A stretch of DNA of 64,000 bases from Octopus vulgaris (taxonomy: Eukaryota), in NCBI GenBank assembly GCA_951406725.2, contig OX597816.1:36146001-36210000 (forward strand), written 5' to 3'. This document shows positions 26,459 through 39,269 of the stretch, in pieces. The translations under genes were made by a program, and so were the position numbers. Under the pieces are notes generated by a model. The model searched no databases. It saw nothing but the letters and a program-made list of their open reading frames with translations, and had not been told where the DNA came from. Positions within the stretch are counted from its first letter, which is position 1; the number at the start of each line of letters is the position of its first letter.

Positions 26459-28028
26459 TTCAATAGACACGATAAATGTTATTCTGTGCTACTGATATTT
26501 TCATATGTTCAGGAATACCTGAAACAATCATCAGGCGGAAACCGTATGACATAACAAATTAAAAATTGAACGAGAAAAGATACGTGGAAAGTTGAGAAGG
26601 AAACATATAGAAAAAGCGTAAGTTTAATTTTTAATTTTAGTTCGTTATATATTGATTGTGCTTGATGAATGTGTTCGCGTTATTTCTCAACAAGAATAAC
26701 AATTATTGTATCTATTAATTAAAATTTAACTCTCACCAGATGGAGTACTTTTTTGTTGATCTTACCATTACGGAACACTACACTAGGTGTGTGTATGTAT
26801 GCCATATGTGTGTGTCTCCGTGTGTGAGTGCATATATGTATATATGGCATGCGTGTATATGCATGTCTCCATGTGTGCATATGTTTTATTGTGTCTGTGT
26901 CTGTGTGTATACGTCTGTCTCTTTACCTATGAATATATTCATGACATAATTTGAAACCATTACTCAGCCTTTAAATCTCCATGTGCAAATCTGTACATTA
27001 GTGGCTATGAATATAAACAAGCGGGACATCTGAATATATCAGGGAATTATTGATAAACCTATTGCGTTATTTCTGAAAACTTTATCCCAAAACCTGAAAG
27101 CGTAGCCTGTGATGCATCTGTGTCTGCTACTCATTGAATATGGAAAGAACTGGAATACGATATTACGATGATAATTTTATTACTCTATACATAAACTTTA
27201 TATACTTTATATAAATTATGCATAATAACATATACTTAATACACAGCACTCATAAAATAAATATTCACTCTTATTTTCCCTTTCATCCATAAAGAAAAAA
27301 ATTATCCCGTACATATGATACAACCTTTAGTTAAATTGCATATATCTGTCATGTAAATAAGAATGAATATTTCACGAAATTGCACTAATGCGCATGCATT
27401 GTTAGCTGATATAAAATACTCAAGTTCAATTCAAAACAGTACACTTTTCACTATCCAATAACCACCATCATCACCCCCACTACCACCAGCACCGCCATCA
27501 TCATCTCGCCTACTCACTCTCCTTTCTCTCTTCCTCCTTTCTCTGTCTGTCTGTCCGTTTTTCTTTAACCTCGCCATCAAAACATCACCCCTCTGCTAAT
27601 ATTATATGTTTAACTCTCCTCCTGTACATCCAACTAAATTTTTAACCACGTAATAAATATTACGTACCCCCACCTCACGTTGTGGACGCTTCTCTCCTCC
27701 CCCCTTTTTCTTTCTCCCTGAAATGAAGCTTATTCGCGGAATTTGATTCAACGCTATATTTGCATGTTATAATCATAGTGCAATTGGCATATTTTAAACA
27801 TATTCAACTGTTTGCTATAAGTGCTTACAGCATTTCCTCCGGCATTACCTGCCGGGCTCAAATTCCGTCCAGATTAACTCTTGCGCTTCATGCTTTTGAG
27901 TTCGATGACTTACGAAAGAGTCAGGCACTGGGGAAAATGTAATCGGCAAGCTCCCTCTACTAAAAGTATTCTTCTGCATCATATCGTCTTGTAATGAATG
28001 CATTATGTGAACGTATTAATATTTATCA

Positions 28029-28075
28029 CTAGCCGACCCTGTGCCGTTCAAAAGGACGGATAATTGTAATATTCT
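28029..28075 (-). mobile_element. Helitron-like 3' end remnant
   Basis: Minus strand CCGTCCTTTTGAACGG hairpin, then about 11 nt, then CTAG|T. Confidence 0.45.
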
Positions 28076-28564
28076 TTATAGAAATAGGGACAGAAGGTAG
28101 CATATGGATAGTAATTCAAATTAATACACTTCTCAATGTTATCTAGTGGTTGTATTTTGAGATGTGCCATCGATTATCGTTTGTTAATGAAAGAACGCTG
28201 GTTCACATATTTAACAATTCACATACTTCTCTTATACATGCAGACACATACACACATATACTCACACAGATTTGAAAAGTTGTTTGACCTTTCTTTTCAG
28301 CGTTGAACGTTCAACAACTAATGTCTAATGCACACACAGACACACACACATTCACATACCTCCCTTTTATATATACTCACACAGAGTTGAAGTGCTGTTT
28401 GATTTTTTACCGTGAAATTTCCATCATCCCAGTAACAGATTGCCATTACCCCTTCCTTCTTTATTCATCTATTATCTCTTCCTTTCTCATTGATGTGTTG
28501 TGACAGAGAAAAACGAAAAAGTATTAATATGGTAGTGTATTTTGTGTAGTATGCATCATTGCAT

Positions 28565-28960
28565 GCTTTAAGACACTTGGTTTGCAACCATGTGGTTTCA
28601 GGCTTTGTATCACAACGTGGTACCTCGACTCTGCTGGAGTCTGAGTTCGACAAACGATTGGTTAGTGGATTTGGTACTCAGGGACTGTTAAAATGTTCGT
28701 TGTATATGTGTATGCCTGTATATACATATATAAATGTGTGTGTGTGTGTGTATATATATGTGTATATATGTATGTCTGTTTGTTTGTGTTTACCCCCACC
28801 GATTGGCAACCGGTGTTGGTTAATTTACATCCCCGTAGTTTAATATTTCGACACAGAGACCGAAAGAATAAGTAAGAGCTTGAAATATGTAGTAAGGTCA
28901 GTTTATTCAACCGGTGACGGAGCATGGCCAAAGGACCGATGACTTGAAAACCTAAAAGAA
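28565..28960 (+). mobile_element. Highly diverged SINE family A
   Basis: AACCATGTGGTTTCAGG...GTGGATTTGGTA...CAACCGGTGTTGGT...CAGAGACCGA...AGCATGGCC. Confidence 0.6.
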
Positions 28961-29449
28961 AAAAGGCTATACATTGGCAAAAGATGACCATCCCCAAATA
29001 TAACGACATAGATATATGTGTGTGTGTAAGTATGTGTGTGCTTATGCATGTATATGTGTGGTTGGTATGTGTGCTTGTATGCGCGCGCGTGTGTGTGTAT
29101 TCTTATCAACTTTTATATTGTGCTCGAATATATTTTGTAACATATTCAATTACCGCGATGCACACGTTATTTCAAATTCGATTTCTTCTATTATATATTA
29201 ACCTATTCTGAAATGTCTAACTTCGGGAATCATAAAAGTATTATTTTCAAAAATTTGCATTGCAATTTCTGATAATTCATCTAATGACACTGCAAAAGAT
29301 CATAATCAGGACATGGTTAAAATTATGTATTTTTGAGTGTGTCGATTTATGAATGTAGACGCGTGAGTAAAAGTCTGTGTGTATGTAAACATCTTTTGTG
29401 TGTCTGTATTTATATGCGTATATCTATCGATCTCTGTAACTCCCTTGCT

Positions 29450-29680
<231 letters not shown>

Positions 29681-30020
29681 CATGTATGTATTTAATTTTG
29701 GGTGTGTGTGTGCCATGTGACTTCATACACTATTGTAAATATTCGTCTCCACATTGAGGTGATTGATTAAAATCAACATTGTGGCATATTATAATTAGGT
29801 CGGTAATTTATAGAAAATTGACGGGAGATGAATAATTCAAGAAATTAGATTCTAGTTTTAATTTCCTTTGCATAGTTCAAATAGAATTTTAATTTATTAT
29901 TGTATCCTATATTTTAGCTAATTGTAGGTAGTCATGTACTACCGAGCCTGCAAGCATGCATATATTTCTGTATGTGTTGTTGAGAATTTGTTGGCATAAA
30001 ACGCAAAAAAATCTATAAAT

Positions 30021-30073
<53 letters not shown>

Positions 30074-30707
30074 GTGGGGGAGAAGAAATACAATGATTAC
30101 ACATACATCTTTATGAATACAAGTAGCTGTCTGCAGATGTTAAAAGCAAAAAAAAAAAAAAATTAAAAGAAATGAACATTTGAGACTAAAATTAAGTATT
30201 TGTTCAAGAGTTATTATTTAATTTCAGTAGAAATTGTTCACCAATGCCAGTAAGTGAAGATGATGGGCATTTGTGTATCTTCTTACTTTCAAACAGTCTG
30301 TGTTTCGACTACACTACTCTTCTTTATATATATCCTATATCGTCTTTGATCGCTCTTAGATCGCATTTATCCATGATTGTATGTGTGATAGTTAATTCAC
30401 ATAAGTCTATCTGAACTATGCGCATGCAATTTAAGTTACCGATTATGCATGCATGTATATATGTATGTATGTTTGTATGTGCACAACGCGGGCGCTGAGA
30501 TATAGTGGGTTTGCATAAACGAAAATACAAGAGTATCAGTTAATTACGATTTTATTCCAGTTTCAGATTCACATTCGTATTGCAGCGGTCCTTGAATGTT
30601 TCTAAGCCCCGTAAACATTTTTTTTAAAACTCGTAATGGTCGGGCCCTAGAGAGACTTTTCACGATACCTTTAAAGCCAGAAACATTTCACCACCCCTCG
30701 TATATGC

Positions 30708-30757
<50 letters not shown>

Positions 30758-30786
30758 TCTAGATTCCTTCCTCTCTTTCGTCCAAT

Positions 30787-30846
<60 letters not shown>

Positions 30847-30902
30847 TCTAGATTCCTTCCTCTCTTTCGTCCAATCTTTATATATATATATATATATATA
30901 TA

Positions 30903-31918
30903 TCATCTAGATTCCTTCCTCTCTTTCGTCCAATCTTTCCATCCAGCCCTCCACTTCACTTCCACTATCTCCAACACCTCTGTCTCCTTCCTCGACATTT
31001 CGGTTAGCATTCTTCACTCCACTCTTACCACCTCCATTCACTACAAACACACAGACTCACACTCATACCTCAACTTCTCTTCCTCCCACCCAGAACACAC
31101 CAAGCTTTCCATCCCCTATTCCCAATTCCTCCGTCTACGTAGGCTCTGTAGTGACGACCATGACTGAGACTCAGTCTCAACGTATGGCTCACCACTTCAC
31201 CCTACGTGGATACCCCCTCACCACTATCCACACCGCCCTTGCCAGAGCACGGTCCGTGGACCGTGTATCTGCACTCTCTCCCCGAACCCGCCCTGTAGTC
31301 TCCCGCCTCCCTTTTCCCCTCACTTACCACCCCACGACCCTACGTCTCCAACGCACCATTCTTCGAGCTTTCCGTCATCTCCAGTCCGACCCGTCCACTT
31401 CACACCTCTTCCCTAACCGACCCCTCCCCTCTTTCAAACGAGCCCAGAACCTTCGAGACCTTTTGGTCCATAGCTCCTTCCCTGACCCTACCTCCCAACT
31501 CGGCTCGTTCCCCTGCTCCCGCCCACGTTGCCGCACTTGCCCTTACCTCTCCAACACCACCCGCCTCACTAGCACCCACCATCGACCCTATCCCATCATC
31601 CACTCCTTCACCTGCACCTCCAGCAATATTATCTATTGCATCTCTTGCTCTCTCTGCAATTCCTTGTACATCGGACAAACGGGACGCCGCTTGGCTGACC
31701 GGTTCGCGGAACACCTTCGTGACATCCACCTTGCGAACGACACACCGGTCTCACGCCATTTCCGCTCCACCGGTCACTCCTTGCAACACCTATCTGTGTT
31801 CGGTTTGTCCTTACACAGAGGCCATCCGGATTCACGTTTGCGCCGTGAACAGGAATTAATCTTCTCTCTTCGCTCTTATACGCCATTTGGTCTCAACTCT
31901 CCCCCCCTCCTCATCTAA
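30903..31918 (+). pseudogene. PLE reverse transcriptase C-terminus and GIY-YIG endonuclease
   Basis: SFLDISV...HYKHTDSHSYLNFSSSHP...SIPYSQFLRLRRLCS; frameshift near 31160; then RGYP, CxxxxCxxC, NIIYCISCSLC..LYIGQTGRRLADRFAEH, REQELIF..GLN. Confidence 0.92.
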
Positions 31919-32234
31919 CCCCCCTCTCCCCCCTCCTCACCTATCCTTTCCCCCCGACCCATACTTCTTCAGTCCTTCATCCTTTCACCCCTACTCCCGT
32001 TCCCTTCTTCCCTCCTTCTCCCTCTCTCCTTCCCTCTTCCCCTTCCCTCTGCTCCCTCACTCCCTCTCTCCCCCTATCCCTCTTTCCTCCTTCATCCCCC
32101 TCCTCCCCTTCCTTCTCCCCCTCCTATCTCTCCCCCCTCCTCTCATCCCCCTCTTCTCCCCCCCTCTTCTCCCCCTCCCCCTCTTCTCCTCACTACACCA
32201 CACGACTTTACACATCACATCATATATGATGTGC

Positions 32235-32570
32235 CATACTAATACATACACCAACTAATACATACTAATACGTACTAATACATACTAATACATACTAATA
32301 CATACACCAACCCTATACATACACACGTCCAGACCCCGCATACGCACTTATACTCTCTCATACACACACACACACACTTATACATACTAATACGTACTAA
32401 TACATACTAATACATACTAATACATACACCAACCCCATACATACGCACATCCAGAACAATCCTACGCACTAATACTCTCTCATACACACACACACACACA
32501 CACCCTTATACATACTAATACATACACCAACCCTATACATACACACGTCCAGACCCCTCCTACGCACTAT
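32235..32570 (+). repeat. CATACTAATA-based minisatellite with higher-order (~120-130 bp) repeats inside the PLE 3' UTR
   Basis: Repeated CATACTAATA and ACCAACCCTATACATACACACGTCCAGACCC blocks. Confidence 0.85.
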
Positions 32571-32751
32571 TAGCTGGTCCTTCAACCCTATTATCAACCC
32601 TATTATCAACCCTATTATCTCCCCTTATTTCGCTCTCGCGTCTCATGTTTGATCTTTGACCTCTGGCCGAAATCAGATCGCCATGTTGATTCGTTAGCTA
32701 CTGCACGCATTTTTTTCTCTCCTTCTTTCTGTGTTTTTTTCTCTCTGTGTA

Positions 32752-32789
32752 TCTTTCTGTTGAAGAGCGTAGGCTCGAAACGTTAAATA
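32752..32789 (+). ncRNA. Minimal PLE-type hammerhead, CUGUUGA variant (second copy)
   Basis: Same as 24997-25034, with one stem I mismatch (AAATA). Confidence 0.6.
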
Positions 32790-32883
32790 CTTTTATTTAT
32801 ATTTCCTGAGCGCCATACTAATACAATTGTTCGTTTGTTTTCCACCTGCCTTCGTCTTTTGTCTATTTTCATAAAGCTTCCCG

Positions 32884-32926
<43 letters not shown>

Positions 32927-32928
<2 letters not shown>

Positions 32929-34740
32929 AATTTTTTGCGTAATGAGATAAAAAAAAAACAAGGCTGTGTAGATATTAGAGCATTTATAGATAGAAGGTCT
33001 TACAACTGGTTGTAGGGTATTTATTAATAATATCTCTTCATCGGAGACGGTGTGAGAGGATGGTTAAGTCATAGTTTAGTTGTGATACAGAATTGAGAGT
33101 GAGGTGGAGAAAAGAAAATAGATGAAAGATATGTATGGATATTGAAGGTATAAATCTATTTTTTAGGTATAATGGTATATATGCAATATTCCAATATCCT
33201 ATGAGTAAAGTCCAAAAGTCCAACAGAGTTTAAAATGGTTCTTTCCAAATATAGAGTTTATAAGCAATGAAAGATTCCCTTATGAGTGAGATACAACAGA
33301 TTTTTAAACTTGGTCATTCCCAGTAGAGAATTTATATAGTGTTGCAGAGTCAAAAGTTTTTATTTAAAGTGACCTAAAAATAGGGAGGTCAACTCGAAAA
33401 CAGGAAGAGAGGAATGAAGAAAGAGAAAAAGAAAGGGAAGAGAAAAAAGAGAAGAGAAAGAAAAATGAGAGAGAGAAAAGAGAGAGAAGAAGGAGAAGGA
33501 AGTAAGAAGAAGATTAATAAAATAATAACAAAATAAAAAATGAAACCCCTGAAGAGAGATATAAAGGGAATAAAGAAAAACAGAAAAAAGAAAAACGAAG
33601 ATAAAGATCAGTCAGTGGTCACTAGAGGTAATTTGAAAGTAGGAGTGGGGATATGAAGAGTGAAAGAGAGAGGAAGGTATTATAGTGTAAAAACATAGAA
33701 GGTATGATGGGGGTAAGAGGTAAAGGAATCATAAATGTGTAGTAGTAGAGTCTATGTGTATGGGCAGAGAAATGGTGTTAGTATTATGAAGAATTAAGGA
33801 ATTTATATGTTTGGCAGTTCTGTTTTTAGTAATATGAGAAAATATATATGTGAAGATGTATATACATGTATATATCAGACACGTTACACATACAACCCTT
33901 ACTTGCATGCATATGTACTTATGCACACTCACTTATACGTTCGCCTGTATGTATCATCGTCCCTGTATACGCAGGTATATATACCTTGTATGCATACATA
34001 TATTTACACAAACCCACATACATATACGCATACGCTCACTCATACATATACACGCAGACATGGGTGTATGCACATATATACGAATACAATAAGATGGTTG
34101 TACATGTGAGGAACTAGATAGGGATTAGGAGTTAGAGTGTATATTCATAAGGTTATTTTGATTACCTAAGAAGTATTGTGGAAATGTGCTGTATTGTTAT
34201 TTTTGCATTTGGATTTGTGGTAGGATTTTAAATGTGTGATAAATGCGGTGGTGGCATGTACTTAGTGCCTCGTTATGTTTATTTAGCAGTGTTAGAGAGT
34301 TGTACTTTAATATGTGGAGTGCCTCTTTCAGGCAGAACTTGCAGGTTGAGCGTTGACCTCGGTAGGGAAGTCCTGAGTCCATTATGGATCATGATAGATT
34401 ATAGGGTATATTTGCATTTTTGAGATGATGTATGTGGTTGGCGAGTGTTGTAGATTTTCTATGTTTATCGTATCTAAAAGAATGGAAATGAGTGGGATAC
34501 CGTTGCTTAAATTTTTTTGTTGATCTTAGGTATATGGCTGTAGAGTTGTGCAATAGATTAAGGACCGTGCATTTGTAAATTACATTATATCTTCTGTAAT
34601 AGGTTTGTAACGGGCAGGGGGTTCCAGGACGGCAATTACAATTAAGTGAACTTTGGGGACCGTGATCGGTAATATAGGAGGTAGCATCGTCAGAAGAGAG
34701 GTTATAGAAGGGGGTGAAAATTTCTATATTATTAATATTA
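32927..34740 (-). mobile_element. Penelope-like element 3' part (GIY-YIG + long 3' UTR + degenerate HHR)
   Basis: CNCR..PCPL....NVIYKCTV...IYL.ST.KFKQRY..H; CKFCLKE....LLNKHNE..STCHH; decayed HHR GTCT-CCGATGA-A...CAGTTG-TA-AGAC at 33048->32997. Confidence 0.85.
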
Positions 34741-34747
34741 GTGAGTG

Positions 34748-35100
34748 AGAGAGCAGTGCATGCCATCAAAGTGAAACTTGGGTAAAATATACGAAGCGCA
34801 GTATACCCATCATGACTACCCGTCTGATAAGGGTTCACTAGGCATATGCATCACAGTCATATGTGTGCGACATTGTGATTTCATATGAAGATAATTAGCA
34901 CGTGACCTTGCAGGTGGGGCCTAGTTAGAATTTTCTTCTGGTCGAGTAACACATCCCGCTCAAAAGGTCCCTGAATAAGGGTTGTTTAAGCATTTTGAAC
35001 AAAACACCCATGTTTCCAAATGTGAATTATCCAAACCCCAAAGAATCCCTCCCAATACATGGCTATGAAGCTCCCCCAATAATTGCGCCTGTTCTTGGTG
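34748..35100 (+). repeat. Interspersed repeat family D
   Basis: Longest copy of the repeat also at 14314 and 36860. Confidence 0.8.
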
Positions 35101-35442
35101 TTCCGGGAAAATTTGGCCAGTTGGATTCCTCGATTATCACTAGAGGTCATTCGATATCAGGAGGATTACATCTCTATCACACTCTCCCTTTTCCTGTTTG
35201 TCTTTTCTCTTTCCTTTTCTTTAAACCTTTGTATGCTATGTATAATTCCGTTCCTTTACATACCCGTGTATACTTACATATTTTTTTTCTGTAATTATTT
35301 TATCATTTCGGTATATGTAAACTCCTACATTTTATGTCTGTCTTCGTATTGTCCCCTCTCATCCTTCGCCCTGGTGGCAAATGAATGAAGTTATTATTAT
35401 TATTATTATTATTATTATTGTTGTTGCTGCTGTTATTATTAT

Positions 35443-36200
35443 ATGTTTGACTTTTACTTTGTATTTGTACAAATTGACTCCAAGTTTCACCCACAGACCT
35501 CAACAGACAACAAGTTAGAATTTCAAATTGGCATTATGCCTAGGGTGTCATATATTTGGTTTTGTAGATAGTATTGTTGTAGTAAATGTTTAACAAAAAC
35601 ATAAGTATATTATAAGTTTGTTTTAAAATTTGAGATTACATAGACAATATTTTACGTAAGAAATAGACAGTTCCCATTCGCACTATTATTTGAATTTCTG
35701 CCATTTTACGGTTTTCTGGTATCTGAGCTAGGTAGGAATCAACCCATTTTGCTATCATTCCTAGGGCACCTATGGCAACAGGTATCGTTTTAGTCTTGAG
35801 GCTCCACATTTTACCAACTTCTATTTCAAGATCTTTATACTTGCCCAGTCTTTGGTAAATCATGACAAATACATTTATGTCGATTGGGACAGTCATATCA
35901 ATGAGGAGGCATGATTTTTGTCTTAAGTCTTTCAATATAATATCTGGCCTATTCGCATCTATTTTTTGTATTTGGAATTCATTTAGATATTTCACAGTCT
36001 GTTTTATTACTGAATATGATGCTCTCTTGTTGCCGTGCTTTAAGACAGGTTTTAACATCCAGTCATTAGAGTTTTTCAGTGAGGTGCTTAGGCCAATTGT
36101 GGCAATCTTCATTGTTACTTCCAGTTATAAAAGTCCACGGCCACCCTCTTTTCCTGGCAGGTAAAGCCATTCTATATCTACCTTAGGGTGGTGTATTCTA
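35443..36200 (-). mobile_element. R4/Dong-like LINE 3' end (REL endonuclease), internally deleted
   Basis: ORF 35636-36112: ANRPDII.....CLLIDMTVP...KYKDLEIE..KMW...IPVAIGALG; 3' end runs into (TAA)n on the minus strand (35390-35442). Confidence 0.88.
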
Positions 36201-36390
36201 ATTGAAAATGGCCAGCCTTGTCACATCTAATATTTGCTGTAGTTATTTCTCTTTGATGTAACAATGTGTTTATGTATCTAAGTATCAACTTTTCTTTCCT
36301 TCTATGTATCTACATTTTGCGAAGTGTGTATCAGTCTACTCTGAAAATACTGAGAAACATTTAAAAACCCAAAACGAACGCCGTCACCAA

Positions 36391-36451
<61 letters not shown>

Positions 36452-36859
36452 CACACACACTCTCTCTCTATTTCTCTCTCATTTCGTCTTTGTTCTCCAT
36501 TCTCTCACTTTGCTACTCAATTCTTCCTTTAAAATAAGAGTGACACACATGAGAAGTACGTACAAAAATATTTTAAAATGTTGGTATATTAATATTATTG
36601 ACAAATGCTCTGATGCAGTACCACGCAGTGGCTCATATGCGTTTTGATTTTATTTAATTGGAAGTATTATCAAATACATGTTTTGTCTGTGTATGAAAGA
36701 TATGCTACAGCAAATATTCTGCTCAATACCACCGATTTGCGTCTCATTTATTTGACCATTACCAGGTGAACATGTCCCTCGGTTGTTGGCGATATGTGCA
36801 TCTCTGATCACGAACAGATGTAAGGGCTGATAATCAGAGCCATGTATTAAGAGGAATTC

Positions 36860-37090
36860 TTTGTGGTTTAAATAATTCAACTCTGGAATCATGGACGGCT
36901 TTCGTTCACCATCCTTAAATAAACCTTATTTAGGGCCATTTTAGGAGGACTGGGCTACAGGACGTGAAAAAGATTCTAACTGGATTCCACCTGCATGGTC
37001 ATGTGCTGTTTATCTTGACATGAGATGACCATGTCGAGCACTTATGTTCTCTCTTTTTCCACACACATCGGTGTTTTCAATGCATGGCAC
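36860..37090 (-). repeat. Interspersed repeat family D, diverged
   Basis: Reverse complement of 34850-35030. Confidence 0.65.
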
Positions 37091-37169
37091 CTCACGTAAT
37101 AACATCATCAGATGAGGGACCGTATTGTCCCTAAATATCTTTAGATGAAACTTCAGTGCAACCCGCATG

Positions 37170-37284
37170 AGACAGACAGACAGACAGAAAGACAGGTAGT
37201 TAGATATACAGTCAGGCAGATAGATAGATAGATAGACAGACAGAGAGACAGAGAGACATACAGATAGATAGATAGATAGATAGT

Positions 37285-37361
<77 letters not shown>

Positions 37362-37443
37362 GAATAGATAGATAGATAGATAGATAGATAGGTAGATAAA
37401 TAAATAAATAAATAGATAGATAGATAGATATATAGATAGATAA

Positions 37444-37508
<65 letters not shown>
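37170..37508 (+). repeat. (GACA)/(GATA)n microsatellite
   Basis: Direct reading. Confidence 0.95.
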
Positions 37509-38767
37509 CGAATGAGTAAAAAAACCAAAGTAAGGCGCACTCAAAATATATGTTATGCTGTATCTATTAAATAACTACTTGAAGTTGACACTACTGTTAC
37601 GTGTACCTGTTTTTTTCTTCTTTCTTTCCACATCTACTCTGTCTAAGCATCATGATGAGCTAAGTCTACTTGTTACACTATGTTTGTTAGGGATCGGGGC
37701 TGTTGGATGATGCATACGGCATTCAAAAATAAGATCCAGTGGTTTCGCTTGAATGGTTTTGAAAATTTTGATATGCAAACAATGGGTTATAAATATGACG
37801 GAAATATTACGTTGATTACTTAATAATAATAATGGCTGCTTTCGTTTCGATTTACTCACTACTGCGAAACACTAAACATCAAACAGTCTATCGTATGATG
37901 TTTAATTAGTCTGGAGGTTTCGTTTCGATTATCAAAAATTCTTTCTTACTACAGTTCAAAGTACACTGGACTAGAAGAGTTGGTGAAAAGGTATAAATCA
38001 ATTAAAAGCTGAGATATACATATTTTATTTGATGTAATACTGTAAGACAAAGCAATAAAACCAGCTTTCTTCCTATTAATATTCCAAACAAAGAACACTT
38101 ATAAACAGACAAGTTTCTAGAAACAACGCACCAAAAATAGAAGAAATATAAGACATAGCATAGGGGAATGATTAAACAAAGACTTTGTATACAACAAATC
38201 TCCGTGCCAGAAGTAGGCAGGAGAGATGACGACTGATTTGCAGCAAGTAAAGAAGAAAAATGGGAAACATCTTATGTTACATTAAGTGTAAGTGAAGATG
38301 CTTTTCTTCTTTCTCTTTTCCCTTCCCTCTCTATTTGTCTTTCCCATTCTACACCCCTCTCACTCTCTCTTTTAACCTCCCCCACTCTTTCTACCGATCT
38401 ATCCATCTATTTAACAGTCTGTGTCTCTCTATATATCTGTTTATCTATCTATATATAAATACATAAATAAATAAATAAGTATATATATACAGCTAGCTAG
38501 CTGGTGGGTTCTCGCTCTCTGCATTTGGTTTATCCATATTTTATTTAGTAATAAAATTCATCTTCCTGCATTCAGTACACAAATAGATTGGCAGATATAC
38601 CTAAATACATAAGCATATATATATATATGAAGCTTAACATACATAAACACAAATACGCAAAAATGAAACCATCTCCGGCACACGCACACTCACATACACA
38701 CACAGAAGCATAGCACATACACTCATATCCATAATGCATAAATGTATATGTATGCGTGTATATATAT

Positions 38768-38876
<109 letters not shown>

Positions 38877-39161
38877 TATATATATAAATGTATCATTATA
38901 CATAATTGGGATAAAATCATTATTTAATGATCTATCAGTGGCCAGCATACTAAAATTACCATTAATGTTTAATAGATATTAAAATTATAATAAGGATGTT
39001 GAATGATTACAACACTTATCTGCTAGAAATAGATCCCGATAGGTCAATGAACCACTTAGATTATTACCCTATTACAGAAGGTTGTAAGCGAGGAAAATAT
39101 ACAGCGAGGATTGATAAAATTAATTTTTTATATGTAAACATGTGTATTTATATGCATTCAT

Positions 39162-39214
<53 letters not shown>

Positions 39215-39269
39215 ATATGATTCAGCATGGCCGAAGTCAAATAACGGAAACAAGTGAATGAACAGAGTA

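Larger units (their letters stand above)
30903..32885 (+). mobile_element. 5'-truncated Penelope-like retrotransposon (RT thumb + GIY-YIG + 3' UTR with HHR)
   Basis: Coding remnant, C-rich tract, CATACTAATA minisatellite, terminal repeat with HHR; (TA)n on both sides. Confidence 0.92.

Noticed and set aside
26500-26800. AG...GT-bounded micro-exon candidates (also about 5714-5742 and 36767-36820)
   Set aside because: No recognisable protein similarity; such signals are common by chance
30755-30938. 36-bp repeats with spacers, superficially CRISPR-like
   Set aside because: Spacers are pure (TA)n, the repeat is RT coding sequence, eukaryotic context, no cas genes
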